Made by a program: the position numbers and the translations under genes. A stretch of 64,000 nucleotides of DNA, taken from contig NC_043007.1 in assembly GCF_006345805.1 (NCBI RefSeq), positions 41,788,001-41,852,000 of the forward strand. Reading direction: 5' to 3'. This document shows, one piece after another, positions 48,941 to 61,589 of the stretch. Under the pieces are notes generated by a model, which saw only the letters and a program-made list of their open reading frames with translations, made no database searches and was not told the DNA's origin. The DNA is from Octopus sinensis. Its lineage: Eukaryota. The first letter of the stretch is position 1, and each line of letters begins with the position of its first letter.

Positions 48941-49554
48941 AATTCTTCTAAGAATGTTGTCTAATTGTTTATAGTACCAACAGATTTTAATCCAGGATCC
49001 AGAGAAATATAGTAGTATTGGTACAACTACCAATGTGTAAGCTTTAATTTTTTGACCACTGTGCTCTTGTTACATTTGCTTCCAGACTCTCAAGCACATA
49101 ACTCAATTTATACAAATGGCTCTTGATTTCTGCTCTAATATGTTGCTTTCTTTATAGACCACAGTAAAATCTCCCAATTTTTATACTAAATAAGTAAAAA
49201 GATTTTCGGACATTTTAATGTTGATTTATAGAAATATAGGGTTCTTTCTGCTGCTTTCTAGTTCAAGTGGAAAGAAAGCTTGTCTTTGATTATTTATAAT
49301 GAGTCCCAAACCATGACATGCTGTGAAAAACCTGTGTATTTTTAATTGTGTATCAATTACAGATCTGGTAACAAATGCACAATCACCAAATGCACAATCA
49401 CCAAATGCACACACAGATAAATATACATACATATGTACATATGTACATGTAAAATACATAGGCATATATACATACAGATTAATATTCCATATTGTATGTG
49501 TATGAATGAGTGTAAGTATAAGTAGTATGAGTCTAAGTAGTATGTATGCTTGCA

Positions 49555-49604
<50 letters not shown>

Positions 49605-49616
49605 TATGTATGTATG

Positions 49617-49655
<39 letters not shown>

Positions 49656-49958
49656 GAGCATGGGAACAAATAAGCACATACCTGCATTTAAATATACGAT
49701 ATATACATATGTATGTATATATATATACATGCATACGCACAGACACTGTCTATATAAATTGATTATAACCAAATCAAGAAACCAGCTAAGCATGAGACAT
49801 ATTGGCTGGGACATTAATGTCTTTTTATCAACCAAAAAAAGAACATTTCATTCAATCATGTGACCAGTTGAAGCATCAGACCATTGTAGTGTGTATGACA
49901 TAAATTATTTGCTTTATGTGTATCAATCAAAACACAAGCATATACATGTGTGTATATT

Positions 49959-50027
<69 letters not shown>

Positions 50028-50622
50028 GTATATATGTGTATATATTTATATACATATATACATGTATATATCCACACATATATATATATACATACATATA
50101 TACATATATATACATATATATATATATACATACATGCATACATATATGCATACATACATATATGTATATATATATGATTGTGCGTGTGTGTGAGCGCATG
50201 CTATGTTCCTATTATCATTGACGTCATCATCATCATCATCGTCATCGTTATCGTCATTATCACTTTTACCACAGCAATCATCATCACCATCATTTTGACA
50301 TGTTTTTTCTCATGTTGCCATGGGTTGGAAAGATCTCAAGGCATTTTGCCACCCACTGTGGTCCTTCATCATATGGAACACACATCAATAGAGAAAATAA
50401 CCGCCAATTCTGTTGCTGTGCATGTAATTATTGGAATGGGTGCACTTTGTCATATCATTGACACCAAAGAAATTGTCTTTACATTGTTTCTGTTATTTCT
50501 TTTCCTTTTAGTGCGCTTTTAGAGATGAATGTCCTTCATAACACAGTCCACATCATGATATCTAGTTGCTGACTACATGATTATCTACCAGCTTTCCAAC
50601 AACTTTGGCCACCTTTCGGACT

Positions 50623-51755
50623 TTAACCCTTTTAAAACAGTTTATGTAAATTTACACACACAATGTACATGCTTTAAATCGGTTGACGTAATTATACACC
50701 ACCTGACTTAGAACCTGTAACCTGAGTTAGTATCAGTCGACCTGCCAACCTATTAGGCTGATTAGATGTTTCAGGTAAATATTTACAACCTGATAGTCTG
50801 GTCCTGCCACTCCAGCTCTGTCAATTTCATCATTGCGTTTTGTTTCATCGAATTTATGATCGTCGCATCCTACCACTCCAGCTCCATCAACTTCATCATT
50901 GCATCCTGTTTCATCAAATTTATTGTCATTACGCCAAGCTACACCAAACTCCACCACCTCACCAGTTGTTTCTTTTGGTTTGGATGATGACTCAGAGGGT
51001 GAGTATTTTCCTAGTTCAGAATCAGATGATTCTCATAACGATGATGATATTCCAGTGAATCAAAGGTACAGACAGGCAGCAGTGAATGGCCCTGGACAAC
51101 AGAATGTCATGTGGTGAGTGAGAGACAATATCATCCGATGACTTGGGTCTACTGGTTTACCTGGCATAAAAGCAAACCTTGAATATGGAAGTTTGCCAGT
51201 GGAAATCTTCCACGAGTTTTTGATGGATGAAGTGTTCCAATTTATAGCAGATGAAATGAATGACTATACTCTAAACCATTCCCCGCACACCAGACCCAGG
51301 CATGGTGGTGATTGGTTTCCAACCACAGAGGACAAAATCAAAGTTCTGCTTGCCCTACTGATACTGTTGGGCATTGTAACCCTGGTGTCATATCAGAATC
51401 AAGATCCAGACACATCGAGACCTTTCTTTGATTTGGCAGTGTTGGGGATGGATTTACATTCAGGAATCTATTGTTCTGTGAAATGATAGAAGTATCAGAC
51501 CTACCAAAGTACAGAATGCATGGATGTCCTCATGCCAGATTCTCTCCTCACTGCATGGTGAAGAGACATGGACATTTTCCACAACTGTTTTCCCCCACCA
51601 CCAAGAAAACAAATATTTCAGAGATGCACAGTATGTAAAACAAAAGAGAAATGTAAGGAAACTAGACACCATTATTCATAATGTGATATGCCACTGTGTG
51701 TGGTATCCTAGTGTGAACTCTACCACACTAAAGCCAAATTTTGAATTCATGTGAT
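50623..51755 (+). mobile_element. Internally deleted piggyBac (PGBD4-like) remnant
   Basis: TTAAccct start; acidic N-terminus; PVEIFHEFL..FIADEMN..WFPTT..IKVLLALLIL; C-terminal Cys-rich RCTVC..ETR..CDMPLC. Confidence 0.78.
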
Positions 51756-53569
51756 TGTAAGTACATGAAGTTGACTTGACTTTTGCCATTGAGTGATCTT
51801 ATTCAGGAATAATACCACATGAGCATCCAGCACAGGGATATAGTTTAAGTAAATAAACAGTTCTTGCACTAAAGCAGCTGACATAAATATTAGGCCAACA
51901 ATTTCAGGGGAGCAGCTAAGTCAATTAAATTGACCCCAGTGCTCTACTGGTTCATATTTTATTAACCTCAAAAGGAAGAAAGGCAAAGTTGATCCCAGTG
52001 GCATTTGAAAAGAAGATGTAAAACCCAGAAGAAATGCTACTAAGTACTTTGTATTTAGTATTTTGACTGGTATGCTAAGACTTATGCAAAATTTCCACTT
52101 TAGTAATAATAAGAATAATCCTTTCTATTATAGGCACAAGGCCTGAAATTGTGGGGGAGGGGACAAGTTGATTACATCAACCCCAGAGTTTCACTGATAC
52201 TTAATTTATCGACCCTGAAAGGATGAAAGGCAAAGTCAACCTCAGTGGAATTTGAACTCAACATAGTGATGGGCAAAATATAGCTAAGCATTTTCCCCAG
52301 TGTGTTAATAATTCTGCCAGCTCCCCACCTTATTTATTATTAATATCTTATTATTCTTCATATTTCTACTGACACAAGAGAAGTTATCTTTGATAAGAAC
52401 AAAAAAATATCCTCCAGCATATGTTATCCCTGTTCACACCTTTCATTGCAGTGAGACTTTTGCAACTGGATATCTTTCTTAATATAAACCATTCTTAATA
52501 TAAACTAGGTGCATCTTATTGTACTACCAAACTTAAAGAGGTTGTCCCTGACAAGACTAAGGTCTACATTCTTCAGATTTATTGCTGTCCAAAGCGGTTG
52601 CCTTTGTTATCAACTCCTTCACATTCTGTTGGATTTGTTTAGAATTTCCATCATTCTACTAGATGAGTTGCCTTTATAGAGAGAATGTTGGTAAAGGTTC
52701 ACCACTTAAGTGAAAGTGTTCATAGAGAGGTCCTGTAAGTGAGCTTTTGAGAAGTGTGTGTAATGAAAATATCAGAAGGTATTTTATATCTTAATTTATT
52801 AATATCTTAATTTATTAAAGGATAACTAAAGATAACAAGTAATATGAGTGTGGCCAGTGTATGTGCTTGAATCAGGGAAAGATTTATAACTTATGTTTGC
52901 AAAAGGGATTCAGTTGGAGGTTGTTACAAGCTAACAGAAACGGAGCTAGCGTAAACAAAAATATACTGCTCATGATATGGCCAGAGTTGAGGGCTGATAT
53001 AATTCAGAACTAGCAGTGTGAAGTTGGTGTGAAAAACAAAGGGGCTGTTCCCATACTAGACAACTGATGTTGCTGGACTGCTGTTATCATCATCATTATC
53101 ATCATCATCATCATCATCATTTAACGTTTGTTTTCCATGTTAGCATGGGTTGGACGGTTGGAAGCCTGGAGGCTGCACCAGGCTCCAGTCTGATCTGGCA
53201 GTGTTTCTACAGCTCGATGCCCTTCCTAATGCCAACCCTTCCGTGAGTGTAGTGGGTGCAGTCTTTCTGTAGTGGGTGCTGTCTTTCTGTTAACTCATTA
53301 AAACATCTGCTTAACTCTTCTTGGGCAGAGAAATGCTTTTGGTATTAATACGTGTCCAGCCCTGATTGGTTGGAGTTGCTACAATGCGATAACTAAAATA
53401 GCTTTTCTGATTCACAACACCTTCAAATATGGCTCGGGGGTCACATTTCTCCATATAGTTAAGGAGGCTTTTAAAAAAGAGTGGTAACATTATTCCAAGG
53501 ACTGAACCCTTGTTTCAATAACACAAAGTTACACCCACGTTTTATCCCCTGTCATCAAATCAAAAGGAA

Positions 53570-54725
53570 AAACAATATTTCTTGATTAGCTTCGAACACT
53601 TTCAGCAGATTGAAGCAGACTGCCTTGAAAATATCCATGGTCAGTTGTATGATAATGCTTCCAACACAAAGGACCTGGAGAAAGGGCTGCAAGCACTGCT
53701 TAAAAACATTAACAGGTATGCAGACAATGTACCATGTGCAAGCCATTCACTCAACCTTGTTTGGTAAAAGGCAGTGTCTACTGTACCTGAAGTTGTTGAC
53801 TATTTTGGCATCTTACAGGAGCAGTATGTTTTCTTTTCTGAATCTCCTCAAAGATGGGGTATTTTAAACACACAGGGCAATCTAGCCTTTTCTCGAAACA
53901 GCTTAAGTGTAACTAGATGGTCTTGTACATTATGAAGCAGTCCCAGCAATTGAAAATTGATATAAGGATATTTTAGAAACTCTCAAACATATGTTTGAAG
54001 ACTCAGAAGAGAAGCCTAAATGTAAGCAAGATGCAAAGAATTAATACCATAAGTTGGTAAAACTGGAATATGCTGTTTCAACAGTCATTTGGGAAGAAGT
54101 TAGGGAACATTTTAACAAAACAAGAAACTCCAAACCCCTGGTTCTGATGTATTTGAAGGTTACCTTCTGCTAGCATCTTTGCTTTCATTTGTTAAAGAGC
54201 TACAAGAAAATTCAGCCAACGGGATTGCAGACTATGAATCAGTTGTAAAAGGTTTATGTGAATAAAAAAACGGTGGTGCATGAGCATGGAACTACAGGAA
54301 AAAAAAAATATCACCTCCAATTATTCTGATGTTTCCGAACACATTGTTACAAAGAAATTTGCAGATGGAGCAAGTGATAGGGCTTCTTTGAAAGGGGTTG
54401 AAAAATTTAGGATAGAAGTTCTAATTCAAAGAGTATTTACACCTTAGGAAATCCTGGAATACAGAAGAAAATACACCATCTAAAATGCAATGCACAGAAG
54501 TTCATCAGCTTATTTCTCAGCAATAATTAATTGAAATGTTTCCTAATATTACCACTGCACTTCAGCTGTACTTGACAATGCCAATCACGAGCTGTGAAAC
54601 ATAAAGGAATTTCTCAAAGCTTTCCCTTATAAAGAATAAATTTTGATCAACCATGACTGAAGAGTGCTTAAATTCTTTATGCATATTGTCTCTATAAAAT
54701 GATATTGCAAGGAAGCTGTAAGGGA
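53570..54725 (+). mobile_element. hAT transposase remnant
   Basis: GQLYDNAS, VPCASHSLNL, TRWS, FPNITTALQLYLTMPITSC..RNFSKL..IKN (hATC dimerisation). Confidence 0.85.
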
Positions 54726-55024
54726 ATACGTTGCTACAAAGGAAAGAAAAAAAATAGTATTTTGTAATTTTCATGTTTCTTAAATATAAGATTATTAGAT
54801 TATATTAACTGTGGTATTTGTTATGTTTTATGTATTTATTCTATGATGCATCATATATGTATATAACACTTCCTTAATTTTCAAGCCCCATAAACTTAAA
54901 AGTATCAGGCATAGCTTGGAAAATATTTGTTCACACCAGTGACTTTGAGAATCACAATCTGAAATGTACTAAAATTTGTAAAGAAAACTGTGATGATCTA
55001 CCATAGAACAACCACATCAAGAAG

Positions 55025-55550
55025 GTTTGTTGAGATACCCAAGTCGGATTTAGAGGTAATTTTAGCGGCAAGAGAAACACTTGTCTCCTATAATGAGAGT
55101 GAATGGCAAAGAGCCGACTCAGAAAATTTCTTTGATATTACCATGGGGTCATCAGATTCCGCGCAGGTGACTGACTTGGTTGGCTTGTATCTACTCTCGG
55201 AAGTTAGGAAAAGCTTCCCTAACCTTACTGGTGGATTATATAGGGATGATGCCCTCTTTGCCATGCGGGGCCTCTCTAAGACCGAATTAAACAGATTAAA
55301 GAAGTCGTTGAGAAGCTTTTTGAAGGATTTTTTAAATCTTGATATCATCTACGACAGTAACTCTAGGGTGGTAAACTTCTTGGACGTTACCTTGTGTCTT
55401 AATACCGGTCTATATTATCCCTTTCGTAAGGCTAATAAATCGATAGCATATATCAATGTGTCATCCAATCATCCGAAATCCACAATAGATAGTATCATAA
55501 CTGCGATTTCAACTAGAATATCCAATTTATCTGCGAACAAAGAGATTTTT
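55025..55550 (+). mobile_element. Penelope-like RT fragment, Naiad-type
   Basis: Open ~175 aa: FDITMGSSDSAQVTDLVGLY, GLYRDDAL, VNFLDVTL, YINVSSNHP. Confidence 0.82.
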
Positions 55551-55899
55551 ACTTTCTACGTCCTTTTATAAATGTATTCTCTTTGAATCGCTAAAATATT
55601 AATTCTAAATTTTTAATGATAAGAATTTTTCTCGCACCATATTATTATTATTATTATCATTATTATTATTATTATTATTATTATTACATGCTATATATAT
55701 GAATTTTGTTCCATCTTGCGGGTTATATGTTTATTCTATAATAAAATGTTCGAATTATGAAATGATATGCGGATGACCTTGAATTTGCTTGTTCAATGAT
55801 TTTAGTTTGATATTTTTGTCTCTTCCAATAGAGCACTTCTATAGCAGTCCTATTAAACTTTTTTTGTTCCTGACAAGAAACAATTATTGTATTATTAAT

Positions 55900-55943
<44 letters not shown>

Positions 55944-55955
55944 ATTATTAATATC

Positions 55956-56002
<47 letters not shown>

Positions 56003-56004
<2 letters not shown>

Positions 56005-56384
56005 AGCAGTATCGCCCGGCGTTGCTCAGGTTGTAAGGGAAATAATTATAAAGCATTTTTAGAGAGTTATAGCCAAAAAATAGCAAAAAAATGGGAAAAA
56101 AATGATGGTAAATTTTTTTGAGAGTTAAAAAAGGTGGAGTTGCGTCCCCTAGACGGTCTGTGGTTTGGGTTTCTGATTCTCGACCCCATGTCGAATTTAT
56201 CGATTTTTTTCAGAACTGGGGGAACTTTTCAAAATTTTCGCTGCGTTAGTTTTGAATTATGACATTGGGCTATGTGTGTGTCAAGTTTCATCAGAATCGG
56301 TTGAAAGCCGTGGTCAGGGTGAGGGTACGAGAAAACAGACACACAGAAAACGCACAGACAAACTGCCGTTTATATAGAGAGAGA
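56003..56384 (-). mobile_element. Non-autonomous Helitron
   Basis: Minus strand A|TCTCTCTCTATATAAA...cctgagcaacgccggg hairpin..CTAG|T. Confidence 0.8.
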
Positions 56385-56428
56385 TATGTATGTATGTATT
56401 TACATCATGTACATACATATATATAATA

Positions 56429-56464
<36 letters not shown>

Positions 56465-56942
56465 TGTATGTATGTATGTATGTATGTATGTATATGTATG
56501 TATTTATACATAAATGTATATATATAATTACACTAATGTAAAATTGTTAAAGTGTCTAACACAAATTTTATTCAAAACAGCAATTTGACATTTTGCTTCT
56601 CTCATATTTCAGTATAGTCTTTTAGATTCTCGTGCTTTGTGTCCATTATTTTTCCATGAGCAATTTTCCCTTTCTCTCTTACATAATTGTCTTGTTTTCT
56701 CTTGACAAGAGACAATAAATCAAAATCTGGTAAAGGACACCAGATTGATGAGACTTGCTATCTATTTAGTAGCAGATAGTCCTATGTGTATCAGGTTACA
56801 ACCACTGGTTTGCTTTTAATCTAGAGACAAGAGGAGATTGGCATAGCAGAATAGGTGCATGCTGTGAGGTGGGAATGATTTTATGTTCAGATGGGGTTTG
56901 TAGTTGGACAGTGTATATGTATGTGTGTATGTATGTATGTAA

Positions 56943-57006
<64 letters not shown>

Positions 57007-57009
57007 ATA

Positions 57010-58675
57010 ATAAATATTAGGGAATAAATCCAAATTTACAGGGAAAAAATCAGATTTAGGATTAAATCGATTTTATAGTAAAATATTATAAAATATTATT
57101 CGAGACAAAACCACTATTTTGCAATATATATATATATATATATATATAGGTTTGTTATAGAGTTTAGCAAAGGGAGATTTTATCGTTATATGTTTTTTAA
57201 GAGTTTTGGTTTATCATGGTTTTTTTTTTTTTTTTAGGGAATTCGTAGTAATTTGTCTATTTTCGATGTTGGTTGTTTTATTATATTGTTTCATTCATAA
57301 TTTTTGAGTGGTGTTCATTTTGCCACGTGAATTTTATTTTATTTTTAATTCCATTTATTCCATTTCTCCATTCATTAATTTAGAGATGTTCGTTTCCAGA
57401 GCGGTTATACTTTTATATATATGTTAAGTTCCTTGGTAAAGTAATTTTGTTGGTGTATTGTTGAGGCTTATACGTACTTGTGGGTGTGTGTGAGTGGGGT
57501 GGGAGTTTGTATTTGTTATGGGTGTGTGGTTTACGAGTGGTTTTGTGTGTGAATGTATAGGTTAAAGGAATTGCTATATAAGTATGTTTTAGTGTTTAAT
57601 AAGGGAGGTTTTATCATTTCTGTTTTGTGAGTTTTAGCTTATCATGGTAGTTTTATAAAATAATCCATTCATAATTTTTGTGTTATTTGTCTGGTGGGGG
57701 TGAGTGGGGTTTTGGAGTATATGTTGAGGTTTATATTATGTATTGGTAGTGGTAAGTGGGTGGTGTGGGTATTTGTATATGTCGTGGGTGTGTGGTTTAC
57801 GTGTGTGTATTTGTGTGTGAATGTTTAGGTTAGGGGGATTGCTATATAGGTTTGTTATAGAGTTAGTAAAGGGAGATTTTATCATTATATGTTTTTATGA
57901 GTTTTGGTTATCATGGTAGGTTTGATAAGGAATTTGTAGTAATTTGTGTCTATTTGTGATGTCTGTTGTTTTATTCATTGTTTCATTCATAATTTTTAAG
58001 TAGTGTTCGTTTTACCAAGTGAATATAATTTTTAATTCCATTTATTCCATTTCTCCGTTCATAGTTTTGAGTGATGTCCGTTTTCTAGAGCGTGAATGTG
58101 GGTTGTATGTGTGTGTGTGTGGGAGTTGAATAAGTATTGTGTTGAAGTATTTAGCTATTTTATTTATTATAGTTTGCCTAGACATTTTTATGTGTATGTA
58201 TAGGGATATATATATAGGGGGTGATTTAGTGTATGTAGTTAGATATGGTTATATATAATTAGGTATATGCGTATGGGTGTATATATAGTTTATTATTATA
58301 TTATTATTATTTTTTTGTTTTGTTTTATATTTTATATTTTATATTTTATATTTTATATTTTATATTAATTGTTGATAGGTTTTTTAGTTTATATATTGTT
58401 TATATATTGATATATATGGATTATAGATAGTTATATATGGATTATATACTTATATTTTTTCATTCATACTTTAATTATTTTAAAATTATTATTTTTATAT
58501 TTTAAAATATGATTGATTTTTTAGATTGGAAGTCCACCTGAAGATTGTCGATCAAGACAAGAAACGATTGTAGTGGCGGTTTTTTTGACTATTTATTAAA
58601 ATTTTATGTATTGATTAAGTCTTTCCTTGTTTGTTTTGCAAAATAGTGGTTTTGTCTCGAATAATATTTTATATC
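57010..58675 (+). mobile_element. PLE-type terminal-repeat region with internal direct repeats, HHR and inverted end copy
   Basis: 57145-57400 ~ 57845-58095; ~57087-57124 inverted at ~58634-58673; HHR at 58534. Confidence 0.65.
58534..58576 (+). ncRNA. Minimal type-I hammerhead motif, fully canonical
   Basis: ccac CTGAAGA ttgtc-gatcaa-gacaa GAAA cgattg TA gtgg; predicted cleavage after 58572. Confidence 0.88.
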
Positions 58676-58950
58676 TATATATATATATATATATATATAG
58701 ATATATATATATATATATAGATACATATAGAGGTTATGAGAGTTAATGGTGTCAGTAAGACCCAAAGGTGTCCGGTAATGCAGAGTGAGTGCTATGGATA
58801 GACCATAGTTAAGCTCCAGGTTCGGTGATTATGCAAATAAGGAGTCCAACGTAGGTCATATATCAGTGTATGTACATATAAAAAAAATGTTTTCAGAATG
58901 AGATAAAAAAACTAAGGCTGTGAGGATTTTAGAACATTCAGAAATAGAAG

Positions 58951-58998
58951 GTCTTACAGCTGTTTCCAGGATATTTATTATATTCCTTCATTGGAGAC
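58951..58998 (-). ncRNA. Degenerate minimal hammerhead motif
   Basis: gtct CCAATGA agga..tcct g GAAA cagctg TA agac. Confidence 0.65.
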
Positions 58999-59360
58999 GG
59001 TGTGAGAAAATGGTTAAGAAATACTTAATTTAGATAAGATACGAAATAAGAGTGAAGTAGAGGAATGAAAATAGATGTGAAATATGCTGGGATATTGCAT
59101 TTGTAGATCCATTATTTAGGCAGAATGGTATACATATAAGGTTCCAATACCTTGTGAGTAAAATATACATACATATGCATATATACATATATATGTGTGT
59201 GTGTGTATGTGTGTGAGTGTGTCATATATGTCATACAACAAAACCCTTTATGAAGGAGAAACCTAAGGTAATCCCATAAACCAGCCTTCCCCATTTTTAA
59301 TATATATATATGAAAAAAAAGTCAAAATAGAAAATGCTAGAGTAATTTTATAAAAGAACA

Positions 59361-59402
59361 TTTCAGTACCGGTTTCAGTCATTGAGATTTTTTCAACTGT
59401 AA
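59361..59402 (-). ncRNA. Hammerhead motif, U3-A8 variant (relative at 60791-60828 +)
   Basis: cag TTGAAAA aatc-tcaat-gact GAAA ccgg TA ctg. Confidence 0.65.
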
Positions 59403-59564
59403 GTATGGAAAACAATTAAATTTGGAAAAATTAAAAGAAACGTTTTTTTAAAAGAATATTTGTTCAGTGTTCAAATACAAGTGGCATTTTCCTTATTTCT
59501 GCCTGGCTCTGTCTCCCTTGTTTACTCTTGTGGGTTTGAGGTTGTTGTGAATTCTTGGCAGGGA

Positions 59565-59668
59565 TGAAGAAGAAGAAGAAGAGAAGAAGAAGAAGAAGAA
59601 GAAGAAGAAGAAGAAGAAGAAGAAGAAGAAGAAGAAGAAGAAGAAGAAGAAGAAGAAGAAGAAGAAGA
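59565..59668. repeat. (GAA)n microsatellite
   Basis: Direct reading. Confidence 0.97.
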
Positions 59669-59715
59669 ATAATGTGGAGTGCCATGACAGTAGTATGTTG
59701 AATGACCCAGAAATG

Positions 59716-59752
<37 letters not shown>

Positions 59753-59939
59753 TCAAAATAAGCAACAAGAATGACTCCGGTAATTTGGTACAATCGTTTT
59801 GTACTACATCATTTTATTAAATGTTGTAAGTATTACAAGAGATTTAAGATCTGTTGTAATACTTACAACATTTAATAAAATGATGTAGTACGAAACGATT
59901 GTACCAAATTACCGGAGTCATTTTTGTTGCTTATTTTGA
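59753..59939. repeat. Inverted repeat, 86-bp arms, 15-nt spacer, with HHR 3' half
   Basis: 59753-59838 / 59854-59939, two mismatches; GAAAcgattgTA at 59892-59903. Confidence 0.9.
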
Positions 59940-60079
59940 TTATAATCACCCCACAAATTTTTATGGATAACACCATACAAAATTCTGGTGCATCTAAATT
60001 AAGTACCATATTCATTTGAATCTAAATTTTTGCTGAACTTATATATATATATATATATATATACATATATATCAGCTGT

Positions 60080-60460
60080 GGTAGGGTTTGCATATGGCAG
60101 CAAAATATGGGCTGTGACTGCAGAGGACATGCGAAAAAATGAAGTCACTATGCACCACTGGATATGCAATGTCAGTATGCATGTATAATAGAGTGCATAT
60201 GTTTTGAGAGAAAAATTAGATATAAGAGGCATCAGGTGAAGTGTGGGACAGAGACAGCTGTGCTGGTATGATCATGTGATGTGTATGAGCAAGAACAGCT
60301 GTATAAAGAAGTGACAATCTCTAAATGTGGAGGGAATATGGGGAAGAGGAAGACTCAGGAAAACGTGGGATAAAGTGGTGAGAAATGATCCCGAGATGTT
60401 GAGCCTCACAGAGGAAATGACAAAGGATGAAGATGATTGGTGATTTCGTGGGTGTGCTTG
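60080..60460 (+). mobile_element. RTE LINE 3' ORF remnant
   Basis: HGSKIWAVTAED...GRGRLRKTW. Confidence 0.75.
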
Positions 60461-60535
60461 AGAGGTACCATCCAGCTAAATACATACATATGTATATATA
60501 AATATATACATACATACATACATACATACATACAA

Positions 60536-60594
<59 letters not shown>

Positions 60595-61003
60595 TGTATG
60601 TATGTATGTATATACATATATATGTATATATGTATGTGTGTGTATGTGTGTAATAAATATTATATATATGAGTCTGAATGCTTGGAATTTTTGCCACGTG
60701 AGCCAATCTGTAACTTCTGCAGATTCATCATCATTATTATCATTTAGCACATAGGTTCTCAAACAATTTAATTGTTTTTATACTTTACTCTAGGTTGAAA
60801 AAGTTGCAATGAGTGAAACTGGTACTAAAATGTTTCTCATGATTAAATTATTTTAGCATTTTCTTCCTTGTCTTATCTTCCTTATACATATCGACTCATG
60901 TGTTCCTTTTCAACCTTCTACACACACACACACACACGTGCGCACACACAAACATACACACATACATACATACACACATACATACATACATACATACATA
61001 CAC

Positions 61004-61038
<35 letters not shown>

Positions 61039-61056
61039 TACTTTATTTTAAGCAGC

Positions 61057-61188
61057 AGAAAATTCAACAAAATCTGTTACTCTGAGTTTCTCGTTGCCGT
61101 TCATCAGACAGTTTTTGCTAGAATCTAGCAAAAACTGTCTGATGAACGGCAACGAGAAACTCAGAGTAACAGATTTTGTTGAATTTTC

Positions 61189-61189
<1 letters not shown>
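61057..61189. ncRNA. Perfect 66-bp-arm palindrome encoding an HHR on each strand
   Basis: ctgt CTGATGA acg-gcaa-cga GAAA ctc-a-gag TA acag at 61135-61172 and mirror at 61074-61111. Confidence 0.85.
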
Positions 61190-61238
<49 letters not shown>

Positions 61239-61457
61239 TATATATATATAAAATTAGAAAAACTACCCTTTATCAATTCAAAATGAACGATTAAATTACA
61301 CCATGTAATTTTGTTCATTTTAAATTGATAAAAGGTGATTTTTTCTAACTTATATATATATATATATATATTATATTTTGTGAAATTTTATTTAGTATTT
61401 CTAAACTGAATTTTTCCTTGTAAGTTAGGAATAATATTCCCTCAAATAATTATAATT

Positions 61458-61511
<54 letters not shown>

Positions 61512-61589
61512 ATATATATATATGGGTGTGTGTGTGGTGTGTGTGTATTGTAAATCTTTAAATTGCTTCAGATTTAAAGCTGCAGTCAT

